Below are positions 39,738-49,976 of a stretch of 64,000 nucleotides of DNA, one piece after another. Where the stretch lies: NCBI GenBank assembly GCA_963762565.1, contig CAVXLD010000007.1:384001-448000 (forward strand), given 5' to 3'. The notes under the pieces are model-generated. The model saw only the letters and a list, made by a program, of their open reading frames with translations. It was not told the DNA's origin and made no database searches. Each line of letters starts with the position of its first letter. Position 1 is the first letter of the stretch. The translations under genes and the position numbers were made by a program. This DNA comes from an uncultured Verrucomicrobiae bacterium (GTDB taxonomy: Bacteria; Verrucomicrobiota; Verrucomicrobiia; Chthoniobacterales; JAFAMB01).

Positions 39738-40199
39738 CTAGCGGTGTGCCTGCAGCCATAAGCATATCCAGGCCGCGAGAAAAACTGGTGGCAAGAGCAG
39801 GGGAGAGGCGATGCCGAGCCAGCGGGTGAGTCTGCTCCCTTGGATTGCGGGGATGAAATCGCCGGGAGCCACGTGGTGCGCGTAGGTACTACGCAGGCGG
39901 TGGAGCAAGATTACCCCGGCGATGACACTGGCGTAGATCAGGAGGTCTGATAAAGAGGCCACGGCTGGGATAATGTTAAAAAGGAGATCCTGTTGTTTTG
40001 CCAACAGTTGGTTACGAGGGGTCGGCGTTCCGTTTGCGATGATGGCGTATCCGGTGAAGAAGAAGGATTGGGCTGCCATGAGCCAGGCCATCCGCTGCAC
40101 GATCAAGTTATCCTCATGCTGGATCTGGTCGCGGATCGAGCGATACCAATCAAGAGGACTGAGGGAGTCTAGGGAAAGTTTCTTCAGGGGGCCGGACAT
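39738..40199 (-). CDS. hypothetical membrane protein
   Basis: 153 aa with about 3 hydrophobic segments. Confidence 0.65.
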   Translation of the reverse strand: MSGPLKKLSLDSLSPLDWYRSIRDQIQHEDNLIVQRMAWLMAAQSFFFTGYAIIANGTPTPRNQLLAKQQDLLFNIIPAVASLSDLLIYASVIAGVILLHRLRSTYAHHVAPGDFIPAIQGSRLTRWLGIASPLLLPPVFLAAWICLWLQAHR

Positions 40200-40440
40200 G
40201 AACGAGGAAAAGGAACACGCGTGAGCCGTATGACGGGATGGGACTTATACGACTTATGGGACCTATGAGTCCAGGGGACTGATACCCGGCTTATCCGGTT
40301 AAGTGCGCGGTGGCACGTCGGGGGTTGACGGCTCGGCGCGCTTTTCGACCGAACGATATCTAGAGTTTCGCATCACCAGCAGCCCTAGTAACATCTTAGG
40401 TCTTTCAGGAGCCTCGCCCCACCAAAAATCCGTTTCGCCT

Positions 40441-41007
40441 TTAGTCCGGCGGATGCGCTCGGGGTTCGCGATCTTTAGTTCCGCCCGGGTTGGGTGAAGT
40501 CACGAACGGACCGCCGGCGAGAGGGGCCCTGTCGCTGAAAGCGACCTCTGGCATCTCACTGGGCTTACCTTCCAACGGGAAATCTTTCCTGAGCGGAAAG
40601 TAAGGGTAACCTTCCCACATGAGAATACGGCGCAAATCGGGATGATTGGCGAAACGGATCCCCATCATGTCAAAAATCTCGCGCTCATGCCAATCGGCTG
40701 TTTCCCACAAACGCGAAACGGTGGGGACCTCGAGATTGTCCTCCGAGACCTTGGTCTTGAGCCGTACGTGAATCTTGTCTTCTAAAGAATAGAGCTCATA
40801 CACGACTTCAAACCGGGGCTCTTCCCCCATGTGATCGACGCTGGTGATATCGATTAGGAAGTTAAACCCGAGCTCATCCCGGCAGGCCTTGCACGTCGCC
40901 TCAATCTCTTCGAGTGGAACCGAGAGAGAAATCTCGTCCCGGAATTCGGTTTGAGGCAGCTGCGGGAAACGAGTTTTTACCTTTTGGGCGAGGTCGGAGG
41001 AAGTCAT
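40441..41007 (-). CDS. nuoC: NADH-quinone oxidoreductase subunit C
   Basis: [29 protein letters not shown]. Confidence 0.93.
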   Translation of the reverse strand: MTSSDLAQKVKTRFPQLPQTEFRDEISLSVPLEEIEATCKACRDELGFNFLIDITSVDHMGEEPRFEVVYELYSLEDKIHVRLKTKVSEDNLEVPTVSRLWETADWHEREIFDMMGIRFANHPDLRRILMWEGYPYFPLRKDFPLEGKPSEMPEVAFSDRAPLAGGPFVTSPNPGGTKDREPRAHPPD

Positions 41008-41537
41008 GAAACGGTTTCTACTAACGCTCGCTTCTGATCGCCGAGAGCGCGTTCGTGCTCGATTTTATGTTGCAGTTTCATCAGACCTTCCAGAAGCGCT
41101 TCCGGCCGTGGCGGGCAACCGCTGATATAAACGTCTACGGGTAAAAGATGATCGATTCCTTGAAGGACCGCGTAGCTCCGGTACATGCCACCGGAAGAAG
41201 CGCAGGCGCCCATGGCGATCACCCATTTTGGTTCCGGCATTTGATCGTAGATTCGTTTGACGGCCAGAGCCATTTTGTATGTGACGGTGCCGGCGACAAT
41301 CATGACGTCCGATTGCCTGGGTGAGAATCGCATAACCTCGGCTCCGAACCTGGCAATATCGAACCGGGCGGAGGCGGCGGCCATTAGCTCGATGGCGCAA
41401 CAAGCCAATCCCATCGGCATCGGCCAAAGCGAGTTCTTGCGCATCCAATTGATACAGGCATCGAGTCTGGAAAAGATGATATTGCCTTCGATTTTGGAAT
41501 CGTATGCGGCAGGCGCCGTGGTGACCATAGGGTTCAC
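41004..41537 (-). CDS. nuoB: NADH-quinone oxidoreductase subunit B
   Basis: [30 protein letters not shown]. Confidence 0.95.
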   Translation of the reverse strand: MNPMVTTAPAAYDSKIEGNIIFSRLDACINWMRKNSLWPMPMGLACCAIELMAAASARFDIARFGAEVMRFSPRQSDVMIVAGTVTYKMALAVKRIYDQMPEPKWVIAMGACASSGGMYRSYAVLQGIDHLLPVDVYISGCPPRPEALLEGLMKLQHKIEHERALGDQKRALVETVS

Positions 41538-41594
41538 AGTATGATCGCGGTCATCAGGAGCAAGTGAAATATTTCACGAGGGAAGGGGATTGCG

Positions 41595-41775
41595 AAAGGG
41601 CGAAGGGGCGAAACGGCGAAGGGGCGCAGAAAGCCAGGGGTGCGAAGGGACGCGTCTCAGCGGCGCACATCTTTGGCTCCGCGAATGGACGGGACCTGTA
41701 GGACGAATGGGACTTATAAGAGGCGATGGATCGCCAGGTCGCCGTTTCGCCCACTCGCCCATTCGCCGTTTCGCC
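41595..41775. repeat. inverted short arrays (GGCGAA..)n / (..TTCGCC)n with nested GGGACCTAT-type units
   Basis: Directly visible between nuoB and the anti-sigma gene. Confidence 0.7.
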
Positions 41776-42576
41776 TCAGTCCGACCCGGCTTGGCCCTTT
41801 TTCTGCAGATCGACGAATTTCTTTAAGGCGTCGGGGTCGGCATCGGTGACAGCCCACATGATCAGACCGTTGGCTTCCCAGCCGCACATATTGAAGCCTT
41901 CTTTTTGCAAGAGAGTGTCGGTGACCTGCGTGGACTCGGTTTTGGGCCAAACAAACAGGTTAACATAATGTTGGCGGTGTTGAAAAACGACCGCCGCTAT
42001 CTCTTGATTCCCTAGATAATCGAGTCTGCCCCCAATCAGCTTAAATCCCTGATCGCTCAGGTCGTAAACGGGAGGCGAAAAACTGAGTTTTCCGGCGAAC
42101 CAAGGCTTCACCGTGTGTTGATCGGTCGAAACGACGTCGATTAAATGATCGGGCAACAATGAGCGCATGTGATCGGACACGAGTTGCGCTGTCACCGTCG
42201 CTAGAAGGCTACTGGACGGTCGGTTTCCAGTGGGAAAGACGGTGAAGCCGAGCCACAACAGGAGAACCGCCGCGGCACCGGCCAGGGACGGTAGAAGCCA
42301 ATTGGAGAATTGGAATGTCGGCAGGCGCCAGCTCCTCCGAGGAGCAGGACGGACTTGTTTCGATAATTCAGCCTGAATCTGACCCTGAAGGTCTACAGGA
42401 GGTGTAAACCGGACCTCCGGTTTCTGCAGTGCCTCGCGCACGGCGAGACGAGAGGCATAGATCGCTTCGCAAGCCGAGCATTGCTCGATGTGCCGCTGGA
42501 TTTTCTGCGCCTCGGCCAAGCCGAGCTCGTTATCGAAGAACGGATCGAGATGTTCCTGAAATTCGGCGCAGGTCAT
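41776..42576 (-). CDS. zinc-finger anti-sigma factor
   Basis: HxxxCxxC motif, TM segment, DQHTVKPWF. Confidence 0.9.
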   Translation of the reverse strand: MTCAEFQEHLDPFFDNELGLAEAQKIQRHIEQCSACEAIYASRLAVREALQKPEVRFTPPVDLQGQIQAELSKQVRPAPRRSWRLPTFQFSNWLLPSLAGAAAVLLLWLGFTVFPTGNRPSSSLLATVTAQLVSDHMRSLLPDHLIDVVSTDQHTVKPWFAGKLSFSPPVYDLSDQGFKLIGGRLDYLGNQEIAAVVFQHRQHYVNLFVWPKTESTQVTDTLLQKEGFNMCGWEANGLIMWAVTDADPDALKKFVDLQKKGQAGSD

Positions 42577-43088
42577 ACTAAGTCCTTTTCCCTCATTTGC
42601 TTCAGCGCCTCGGCAAGTTGTTGCCGGCCACGCGCCAGCCGCGACATGACCGTGCCAATTGGCACCTGGGTTATTTCCGAGATCTCCCGATAGGAAAGTT
42701 CTTCCATTTCCCTTAGCACCAGCACCGTACGAAAGTCTTCCGGTAAACTCGCCAGTGCAGAACGCACGGCGGCGATCTCCGACTTCACCTGCAGTTCGTC
42801 TTCAGGTGAGCTGTCACCGGGAATGTTTTGTAGCTCTTCGTCGGAAGAATACACTTTTCGTTTTTTGAGGTAGTCGTAGCAAACGTTACGAACAATGCGG
42901 AGCATCCAGGCTCTACTGGTCTCGCCACGTACTCCGCTGAAAAACTTAAAGGCACGCAGATACGCCTCCTGCACCATATCGCGGGCGTCGTGTTCGTTCT
43001 GCATCAACCAGCGCGCGAGGTTATAGGCGTCGTTCATTAATGGCAACATCTCGCCCTCAAAGCGCGTCAGCTTCTCCTCTTCGTTCAT
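42573..43088 (-). CDS. ECF RNA polymerase sigma factor
   Basis: AYNLARWL, DMVQEAYLRA, LSYREI, GTVMSRLARGR. Confidence 0.92.
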   Translation of the reverse strand: MNEEEKLTRFEGEMLPLMNDAYNLARWLMQNEHDARDMVQEAYLRAFKFFSGVRGETSRAWMLRIVRNVCYDYLKKRKVYSSDEELQNIPGDSSPEDELQVKSEIAAVRSALASLPEDFRTVLVLREMEELSYREISEITQVPIGTVMSRLARGRQQLAEALKQMREKDLV

Positions 43089-43117
43089 CGGTACGGGACC
43101 GAGGCTATCATACTGAG

Positions 43118-43145
43118 ATACCGTAACAGGAAGGAATTTATTCCC
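43118..43145 (-). promoter_or_regulatory. putative ECF promoter GGGAATAAA-N13-CGGTAT (toward the sigma gene)
   Basis: Same motif and spacing as the divergent copy at 43365-43392. Confidence 0.65.
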
Positions 43146-43150
43146 AAAAG

Positions 43151-43358
43151 TTGGTAGGGCGAGGCTCCCGAATCTCGAAAGAACGTCGTGGGGGGGTGAG
43201 ATTTCCCCGTATATCGGGTGCAACGTCTGAGAGCCGCCGAGCCGTGGGTTGTGCGACCCACGGCTCGGCAGCTTCTAGGTGTTGCGCATGATACGCCAAT
43301 GAAGTGCTACCTCGCGTTGCGCCCCCTATTCAGCTATTCGGGAGCCTCGCCCTACCAA
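43151..43358. repeat. palindromic element, family C (23-bp perfect terminal IR)
   Basis: ttggtagggcgaggctcccgaat ... attcgggagcctcgccctaccaa; inner gccgagccgtgg/ccacggctcggc hairpin. Confidence 0.88.
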
Positions 43359-43364
43359 GTTTTC

Positions 43365-43392
43365 GGGAATAAACCGCGCCGCTGACCGGTAT
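43365..43392 (+). promoter_or_regulatory. putative ECF promoter GGGAATAAA-N13-CGGTAT (toward the metallophosphoesterase)
   Basis: Mirror of 43118-43145. Confidence 0.65.
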
Positions 43393-43447
43393 TTCACGGT
43401 TAAACGGACAGTCAATCAGCTGCTCCAAAACCTGGGTAGAACTAACT

Positions 43448-44407
43448 ATGTCAGACCATATTCATGAGAATTTGAACGACGACGGCGTCGATCGGCGCGG
43501 TTTCTTAAAGTGCATGGCTTGGGCCGGTACAGGCCTGGTATTTACTATGAGCGCAGGGATCGCTAGATCGCGCATGTTGTTAGCAACTGCTTCTGATCAA
43601 GGTGGCGCTGCGGGCGCGGATTTCACCTTTGTCCAGATCAGCGATAGCCATATCGGCTTCAACAAAGATGCGAATAACAACGTTATTGGGACTCTGCAGG
43701 AAGCGATCAACCGAATTAAGGCACTTCCCACTAAACCGGATTTGATTATCCATACCGGCGATCTAACCCATCTAGCCGAGGCCGATGAATTTGATACGGT
43801 TGACCAGGCTTTGAAAGGCACCGGGGTCAGCGATATCTTCTATGTGCCCGGGGAACACGATGTTCTCAGTGATAACGGAGAACAATATCGGAACCGATTT
43901 GCGAAGGGTACGAATGGTGATGGTTGGTACAGTTTCACGCACCGGGGGGTCCACTTTGTTGGTCTAGTCAATGTGATGGGTAAATCTGAGGCTGGGCTGG
44001 GTTCATTGGGACAGGACCAACTCACTTGGCTGGAGAAGGACTTGAGTGGTCTGTCGACTTCCACACCGATTATTGTTTTTGCGCACGTGCCGCTCTGGGA
44101 AGTCTACCCCCAATGGGGTTGGGGAACTCAAGATGGAGCTCAGGCCTTGGCTTTCTTAAAGCGATTCGGCTCGGTGTCGGTGCTCAATGGTCACATCCAC
44201 CAGATCGTTCAAAAGGTTGAAGGAAACATTTCTTTTCACACTGCCATGTCGACAGCATTTCCACAGCCTGCGCCTGGAACTGCGCCTAAGGCAGGACCGA
44301 TGAAGGTTCCGGCAGATCAACTCAGAAAGGTCTTAGGTATTACCACGGTAAATTACCTGGAGACGCCGCATTCTTTGGCGGTCATCGATAAGCCTCTAAT
44401 ATCGTAA
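43448..44407 (+). CDS. Tat-exported metallophosphoesterase
   Basis: DRRGFLK Tat signal; DSH, GD, GEHD and GHIH motifs. Confidence 0.9.
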   Translation: MSDHIHENLNDDGVDRRGFLKCMAWAGTGLVFTMSAGIARSRMLLATASDQGGAAGADFTFVQISDSHIGFNKDANNNVIGTLQEAINRIKALPTKPDLIIHTGDLTHLAEADEFDTVDQALKGTGVSDIFYVPGEHDVLSDNGEQYRNRFAKGTNGDGWYSFTHRGVHFVGLVNVMGKSEAGLGSLGQDQLTWLEKDLSGLSTSTPIIVFAHVPLWEVYPQWGWGTQDGAQALAFLKRFGSVSVLNGHIHQIVQKVEGNISFHTAMSTAFPQPAPGTAPKAGPMKVPADQLRKVLGITTVNYLETPHSLAVIDKPLIS

Positions 44408-44435
44408 CCACGAATCGTAACCACGAGCGAGTAAA

Positions 44436-44650
44436 TCGTCCTCGTCCTTCGTCGGGTAACAGCGGATATGGCAATCGTTCTCGTTCTCGTCGTCGTTCTC
44501 GTCCTCGATTTGGTCCTGCAGCGATTGGCGTCTCGTAACTAATGAGTCGGGAGTTCAACACTCAACGCCGTAGCGACATCATGGGATCCTCGAGGACGAG
44601 GACGACGACGAGGACGAGAACGATTAGGCAGGACGAGGACGAGGGCGATT
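44436..44650. repeat. inverted (CTCGTC/GACGAG)-rich repeat element
   Basis: cgttctcgttctcgtcgtcgttctcgtcctcg ... cgaggacgaggacgacgacgaggacgagaacg. Confidence 0.8.
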
Positions 44651-44677
44651 ACGATTTGCGAGGACCAATTACAAAAA

Positions 44678-45115
44678 ATGGAACTATTTCTGGGAGCTAA
44701 CGTTTGGGAAATGATGCATGGAGGGAGTACTCACTTACCGATCGCGTTGATGTTAGTGTCGGCTGTTTTTGACGCCTTGGGGGGTGTAATCAGAACGGAA
44801 CAAGTGAAAGACCGGCTTCATGCGGCCGGTCTCTTTACTTTGATAGCGGGCACATTGGGCGCTTTTCCGGCGGTGCTGTCCGGGCTGATTTTGGCGCGTT
44901 GGGAGATTGGAGGAACCGGGGCGCTCTTCTGGCATCATGTCTTTCTTTGGCCGGCATTCGCTTTGTTAATCGCGTTGTCGGTGTGGCGGCTGATTGTCCG
45001 AGGCCGTCGTTCAAGAACTGGTTTCTTGATCTATATTCTAGCGGCTTTCGGAGCGGCATTTCTAGTAAGCGCAGCCGGCTTTTGGGGCGGTGAAGTCTTG
45101 CTGGGAGGCTCATGA
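44678..45115 (+). CDS. DUF2231-like membrane protein
   Basis: H...THLPIAL, 4 TM segments, GFWGGEV. Confidence 0.7.
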   Translation: MELFLGANVWEMMHGGSTHLPIALMLVSAVFDALGGVIRTEQVKDRLHAAGLFTLIAGTLGAFPAVLSGLILARWEIGGTGALFWHHVFLWPAFALLIALSVWRLIVRGRRSRTGFLIYILAAFGAAFLVSAAGFWGGEVLLGGS

Positions 45116-45504
45116 AACGGGCTTTATTCGGATTAGAATTTGCCGCTGCCGTTCTGGCTCTTGTGGCCGCCTGCACGGTTATCGGGGTCACCCTGGGCTC
45201 AGCGAGCCTGGTGCGAGCGGCAATAGAAAAAGCGAGAAGCGAATCGGCCGCTAAAGGGAATCTTTCTCCGCTGTCGCCGATGGTAGCGCAGGGCCAGAAA
45301 CTTTATGCGCTCAATTGTTCGCATTGTCACGCCGACGACGCCACCGGTGACGAAGGACCTGACTTGCATGGACTGACTAAGTCCGATGAACGCATCAAGA
45401 CGATTATTACGAATGGTATCAAAGGTGAGATGCCATCGTTTGGCAAAAAACTGCAGGAAGCGGACAAGGAGGCGTTGGTGGGGTTTTTGCGGTCTCTGAA
45501 GTAA
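45112..45504 (+). CDS. monoheme cytochrome c
   Basis: CSHCH heme motif, GPDL, MPSF, N-terminal TM/signal. Confidence 0.88.
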   Translation: MKRALFGLEFAAAVLALVAACTVIGVTLGSASLVRAAIEKARSESAAKGNLSPLSPMVAQGQKLYALNCSHCHADDATGDEGPDLHGLTKSDERIKTIITNGIKGEMPSFGKKLQEADKEALVGFLRSLK

Positions 45505-45540
45505 TCGGGTTAGGAGCTAGGAGGCGCGAGCTCCCTTATT

Positions 45541-45749
45541 TGGTGGGGCGAGGCTCCCGAAGAGCCAGATGATTCAACCAAGGTAACCCGCAAAAACGCC
45601 AACGATCGATGAGCAAGGCCCCTAGACGCGCCGAGCCGTGGCCTTATGACATACCACGGCTCGGCGCGTTTAATGGCCTAATAGCGCGACTGAACGAGGA
45701 TCACCGGCCACTTCGCGTCAGCAATCTGGCTATTCGGGAGCCTCGCCCC
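45541..45749. repeat. palindromic element, family C
   Basis: ggggcgaggctcccgaa ... ttcgggagcctcgcccc. Confidence 0.85.
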
Positions 45750-45764
45750 GGGGGGAGAGGGCGT

Positions 45765-45992
45765 GAGAGGTGAGAGGTGAGAGTTGAGAGGTGATTGGTC
45801 GCGCCCGGCTTGCCCGACGTAGCACTCGGAGTCTAAACGACATAGCGAAGTCGGGAGTATCGAACGACGGGGCGATGTTGGCTTTATTCTTGCGGGCGCG
45901 ATCTGGGAGATGACTTATGGCTTGTCACCTTTCACTTTTGTACCCGCCGCCACGACCTCTCACATCTCACCAATCACCTCTCACTTCTCACC
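45765..45992. repeat. inverted 7-mer arrays (GAGAGGT)n / (ACCTCTC)n with nested hairpin
   Basis: Directly visible upstream of lepA. Confidence 0.7.
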
Positions 45993-46043
45993 TAAGAAGC
46001 CTTCTGGATTCTCTGTTCGCGTCCTGTATAGTGCGCCCTCTGC

Positions 46044-47840
46044 ATGGGAAGACTTTTGACTCGGAATTTTTGCATTATTGCTCACATCGATCACGGAAAG
46101 ACGACGCTTTCTGACCGATTGCTCGAGTCCACCGGCACGATCGCCGATAGGGATAAGCAGGATCAGTTGCTTGATTCGATGGATCTCGAACGGGAGCGCG
46201 GCATTACGATCAAGGCGCATCCGGTCACTATGAATTATTCGGCCAAGAATGGTCAGACGTATCGGCTGAATCTGTTGGATACCCCAGGGCATGTGGATTT
46301 CTCGTATGAGGTATCGCGAAGTTTAGCGGCTTGCGAGGGAGCAATCCTGGTGGTGGACGCTGCCCAAGGGGTCGAGGCGCAAACGGTGGCAAACGTGCAT
46401 CTCGCTCTAAAACAAGGGCTGACCATTGTGCCGGTCATTAATAAGATCGATTTGCCCAATGCGGATATCCCGACGGTGCGCAAACAGCTCGAGGAAATCC
46501 TGGCTATTCCAGCCGATGAAGCCATTCTGGCCAGCGCCAAGACCGGGCTGGGTATCGAAGAGATTCTCGAAGCCATCGTGGCGCGGATTCCGGTTCCTCC
46601 GGCCCCGGTGGACAACAAACTGCGTACGTTGATCTTTGACTCGGTATTCGACATCTACCGCGGGGTGGTATCCTACTCCCGAGTGTTCTCCGGAGCGATG
46701 GCTCCAGGTCAGGCGGTGCGATTGATGACCACTGGCAATAGCTACGAAATCAAAGAGGTTGGGATCTTTACTCCCAAGCCTTTAGCCCGGGAAATCCTTG
46801 AGGAGGGCGATGTGGGCTATTTCATCGCCAATATTAAGTCGACGGCAGAAATCAAAATCGGTGATACCTTGACGGAACAGCGCAACCCGGCACCTGAACC
46901 GTTGCCTGGTTTTCAAGAGATTCATCCGATGGTGTTCAGCGGGATTTATCCCATCAACACTGCAGATTTCGAGCATCTCAAGACCGCGATGGGGAAACTG
47001 CAAATCAATGATTCCGCCTTTGTCTATCTAGCGGAAAATTCCGTCGCGCTGGGATTCGGTTTTCGGTGCGGATTTCTTGGGTTGTTGCACATGGAGATCG
47101 TACAAGAGCGGTTGCGCCGGGAGTTCGATATGGACATTATCGCGACTTACCCGAGCGTGGTTTACGAGGTGGTGCAGACCAACGGCGAGAAAGTCGAAGT
47201 CGATAATCCGGCTCACCTGCCGGATCCCAGCGTGATCGCGGAAATCAGGGAACCGGTTGTCGAATGTTTCGTGATGTGTCCGAACGAGAATATCGGCGAT
47301 ATGATGCAGCTGATCATGGAGAAAAGGGGCGAGGTCCAAAACACCGAGTCGCTCGACACGCGCCGGGTGATGTTGACAGCGGTCATGCCGTTAAACGAGA
47401 TTTTGGTCGATTTTAACGACAAGCTAAAATCATTGACCCATGGCTACGGATCGATGGACTATGAGTACGCCGGCTATCGGCCTGCCGAGCTGGTGAAACT
47501 CGACATGCTGGTAAACGCCGAACCGGTGGATGCATTTTCCAGTATTGTTCACCGGGACAAGGCCGAAAGCCGGGGCCGGTTACTCGCAGCCAAGCTCAAG
47601 GAAGTGATCCCTCAACAGCTTTTCCAAGTATCGATCCAGGCCGCAATCGGTGGAAAAATCATCGCGCGCGAGAATGTCTCTGCTCTCCGAAAAAATGTGA
47701 CCGCAAAATGTTACGGAGGCGATATCACGCGAAAGCGGAAGCTCTTGGAGAAACAAAAAGAGGGCAAGAAACGAATGAAATCGATCGGTAAAGTAAATAT
47801 TCCGCAGGAAGCCTTTATCGAAGTTCTGAAAACAAGCTAA
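46044..47840 (+). CDS. lepA: translation elongation factor 4
   Basis: [34 protein letters not shown]. Confidence 0.98.
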   Translation: MGRLLTRNFCIIAHIDHGKTTLSDRLLESTGTIADRDKQDQLLDSMDLERERGITIKAHPVTMNYSAKNGQTYRLNLLDTPGHVDFSYEVSRSLAACEGAILVVDAAQGVEAQTVANVHLALKQGLTIVPVINKIDLPNADIPTVRKQLEEILAIPADEAILASAKTGLGIEEILEAIVARIPVPPAPVDNKLRTLIFDSVFDIYRGVVSYSRVFSGAMAPGQAVRLMTTGNSYEIKEVGIFTPKPLAREILEEGDVGYFIANIKSTAEIKIGDTLTEQRNPAPEPLPGFQEIHPMVFSGIYPINTADFEHLKTAMGKLQINDSAFVYLAENSVALGFGFRCGFLGLLHMEIVQERLRREFDMDIIATYPSVVYEVVQTNGEKVEVDNPAHLPDPSVIAEIREPVVECFVMCPNENIGDMMQLIMEKRGEVQNTESLDTRRVMLTAVMPLNEILVDFNDKLKSLTHGYGSMDYEYAGYRPAELVKLDMLVNAEPVDAFSSIVHRDKAESRGRLLAAKLKEVIPQQLFQVSIQAAIGGKIIARENVSALRKNVTAKCYGGDITRKRKLLEKQKEGKKRMKSIGKVNIPQEAFIEVLKTS

Positions 47841-47844
47841 AACC

Positions 47845-48978
47845 GTGTTAACACCGAGATACGTCCAGGATTCCGAGACACTAATCAAAGCGGCAAAACG
47901 AATACTCAATTATCGCAAAGACATCGCTGCTCCTGATCAACTTGAGGCGGCCCGCGCCGGGATTGCCAGGGTGCGCAACGCGATAAAACAAAGATCTGCT
48001 CCAGCGGTTAAAGAAGCCGAGAAACCGCTGGTGGACGTTCTAACTAAGATTGATCCCCCGCAGCCTAACAGTTGGATCCGGGATAATGTCGAACTGATTA
48101 TTGTGGTGGTAGCAATTGCTCTGGGGCTGCGAGCCTATTATTTGCAGCCTTTCAAGATCCCGACGGGATCGATGCAACCGACTTTGAACGGCATTATCGC
48201 CAAGCCGATCGACGGGCCGGCCCCGAATTTTTTGGTGCAGACTTTTCAATTTCTGGTCCTAGGGCGCACATATGCAGATGTGGTCTCCGAGGAGGATAAC
48301 GATAGTATCGTGGATATCACCCCCGTGAAGCTAAGGTGGTTATGGGATGGTTCTCTGATCCGGATGTCTTCCGGGCGGGCGTATACGGTCGGGATCCCGC
48401 CGGATATATTGAAATACCAGCTTGGGGTCATGCCTTCGTTTTCCGAAGGGAACTCGCAGCTCGACAAAAAGTATCGGAAGGGGGAACCGATCGTTCGTGG
48501 TTATTCGGATCTGGGCGATCAGGTTTTCGTGGATAAGATGAGCTACAACTTCATGCCGCCCCATCGAGGAGATATTTTTGTGTTTAAGACGAACGGCCTG
48601 CCGATGGAAAGGCCGGGCGCCCCGAGCGAACACTTCATTAAGCGCCTGGCGGGAGTCCCAGGCGACACGTTGCGGATTGCTGAACCCGACCTTTTTATTA
48701 ATGGGCATCCGGCAGAAGACTTCGTTTTTAAGCGAGTCGAATCCCGCGAGAATGGGTACACCGGGTATACCAACCAGCAGTTGCCCCAGCCGATGCGATA
48801 CCTGGGGACGCCGAATGATACGGTGACAATTCCGCCGTACTCCTACTTTGCGTTGGGCGACAACAGCGCCAATAGCCTGGACAGCCGCTACTGGGGTTTT
48901 GTGCCGGCCGACAACGTGGTGGGTCGCGGCTTGTTTGTTTATTGGCCGTTCACCAGTCATTGGGGGGTTCCGCGGTAG
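47845..48978 (+). CDS. lepB: signal peptidase I
   Basis: PFKIPTGSMQPTL, FIKRL, GDNSANSLDSRYWG. Confidence 0.95.
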   Translation: MLTPRYVQDSETLIKAAKRILNYRKDIAAPDQLEAARAGIARVRNAIKQRSAPAVKEAEKPLVDVLTKIDPPQPNSWIRDNVELIIVVVAIALGLRAYYLQPFKIPTGSMQPTLNGIIAKPIDGPAPNFLVQTFQFLVLGRTYADVVSEEDNDSIVDITPVKLRWLWDGSLIRMSSGRAYTVGIPPDILKYQLGVMPSFSEGNSQLDKKYRKGEPIVRGYSDLGDQVFVDKMSYNFMPPHRGDIFVFKTNGLPMERPGAPSEHFIKRLAGVPGDTLRIAEPDLFINGHPAEDFVFKRVESRENGYTGYTNQQLPQPMRYLGTPNDTVTIPPYSYFALGDNSANSLDSRYWGFVPADNVVGRGLFVYWPFTSHWGVPR

Positions 48979-48992
48979 TCACACCCAGCGCC

Positions 48993-49110
48993 GGGAGGGA
49001 TCGCGTCCTTGCGATCCGTTGTCCGCGAAGCTCGGCGCAGACCCGACGAAGTTTTCAACAACGCCAACGATGCAGACCTGATCGCGGCGCGCGAGGACGC
49101 GCGTCCTCCC
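48993..49110. repeat. palindromic element, family B
   Basis: gggagggatcgcgtcc ... ggacgcgcgtcctccc. Confidence 0.8.
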
Positions 49111-49190
49111 TGTCTCGGGCGAACCACGCTATTCCTTCCGCCGAAATTCGGTGTTGTGTTTCCTGAAGAAAAGCGGCCTAAATCTAGCTT

Positions 49191-49976
49191 ATGGACTTGG
49201 TAGACATTTTGGTCGACCTCGGAAGGCAACTAGGAATTCATCCAGATAAATTAGTTATAGTCGACGAGGGCTTTGTGGCCGGCAAAGTGGACGGGCATCT
49301 GGTCATCAGCCGTCCAGGAGCCCGCTTAGGGAGCTTGGATCGCGGCGACCTGATTCATTTTAGCGCGGCTCCTTTGCTCGAGTTACTGAGAGCGGACCAG
49401 CCCAGACGGCCCGCCGAAGAGGAAGGGCTGTTGGCTTCCCGGTTGCAAGAGGATTCGCCGATGCCCAGCGCCGATGCCTACGTAGTCACAGACCTGTTCG
49501 AGCGTTGCGCGAGCCGGATGATCGTGCAAGTGCAACCGGTCGTGATCAACCAAATTCTAGCTTCTCCGCGAGCAAGGCAGTTTGCCGACCGTCGGATTAC
49601 CTTGAGCGAGGTGTTCAGTTGCGGACTGGCGACTACCTTGGTTCCTTATGCCGACCCGGGAACGGCGCTCGCGAAAGAGGTGCGAACCAAAGTGAGCCTC
49701 TGGCGTGATCGCGCGCGAACAGATCCGAAGGTGATATTGCTCCAGAACAACGGGATGATCGTGCTAGGCGATTCTCCTGAGGAAGTCGTGGAACACATCG
49801 AAAAGATGGTTCGCGCGGCTGAGGTGTTTGTCGGCGCCAGCTTACTCGGAGGACCACAATTCCTCACCGTGGCTAATGTTGGAAGAGCGACTGAATACCG
49901 GCGGGGACCCGACGCAAGCGGAAACAATCAAGCAACCGCGCCACAAGCTGTGTCGAGTGAGCTGGCAAATTCCTGA
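49191..49976 (+). CDS. class II aldolase/adducin-like protein (divergent)
   Basis: VPYADPG..LA, VILLQNNG; metal-binding His residues appear to be missing. Confidence 0.65.
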   Translation: MDLVDILVDLGRQLGIHPDKLVIVDEGFVAGKVDGHLVISRPGARLGSLDRGDLIHFSAAPLLELLRADQPRRPAEEEGLLASRLQEDSPMPSADAYVVTDLFERCASRMIVQVQPVVINQILASPRARQFADRRITLSEVFSCGLATTLVPYADPGTALAKEVRTKVSLWRDRARTDPKVILLQNNGMIVLGDSPEEVVEHIEKMVRAAEVFVGASLLGGPQFLTVANVGRATEYRRGPDASGNNQATAPQAVSSELANS

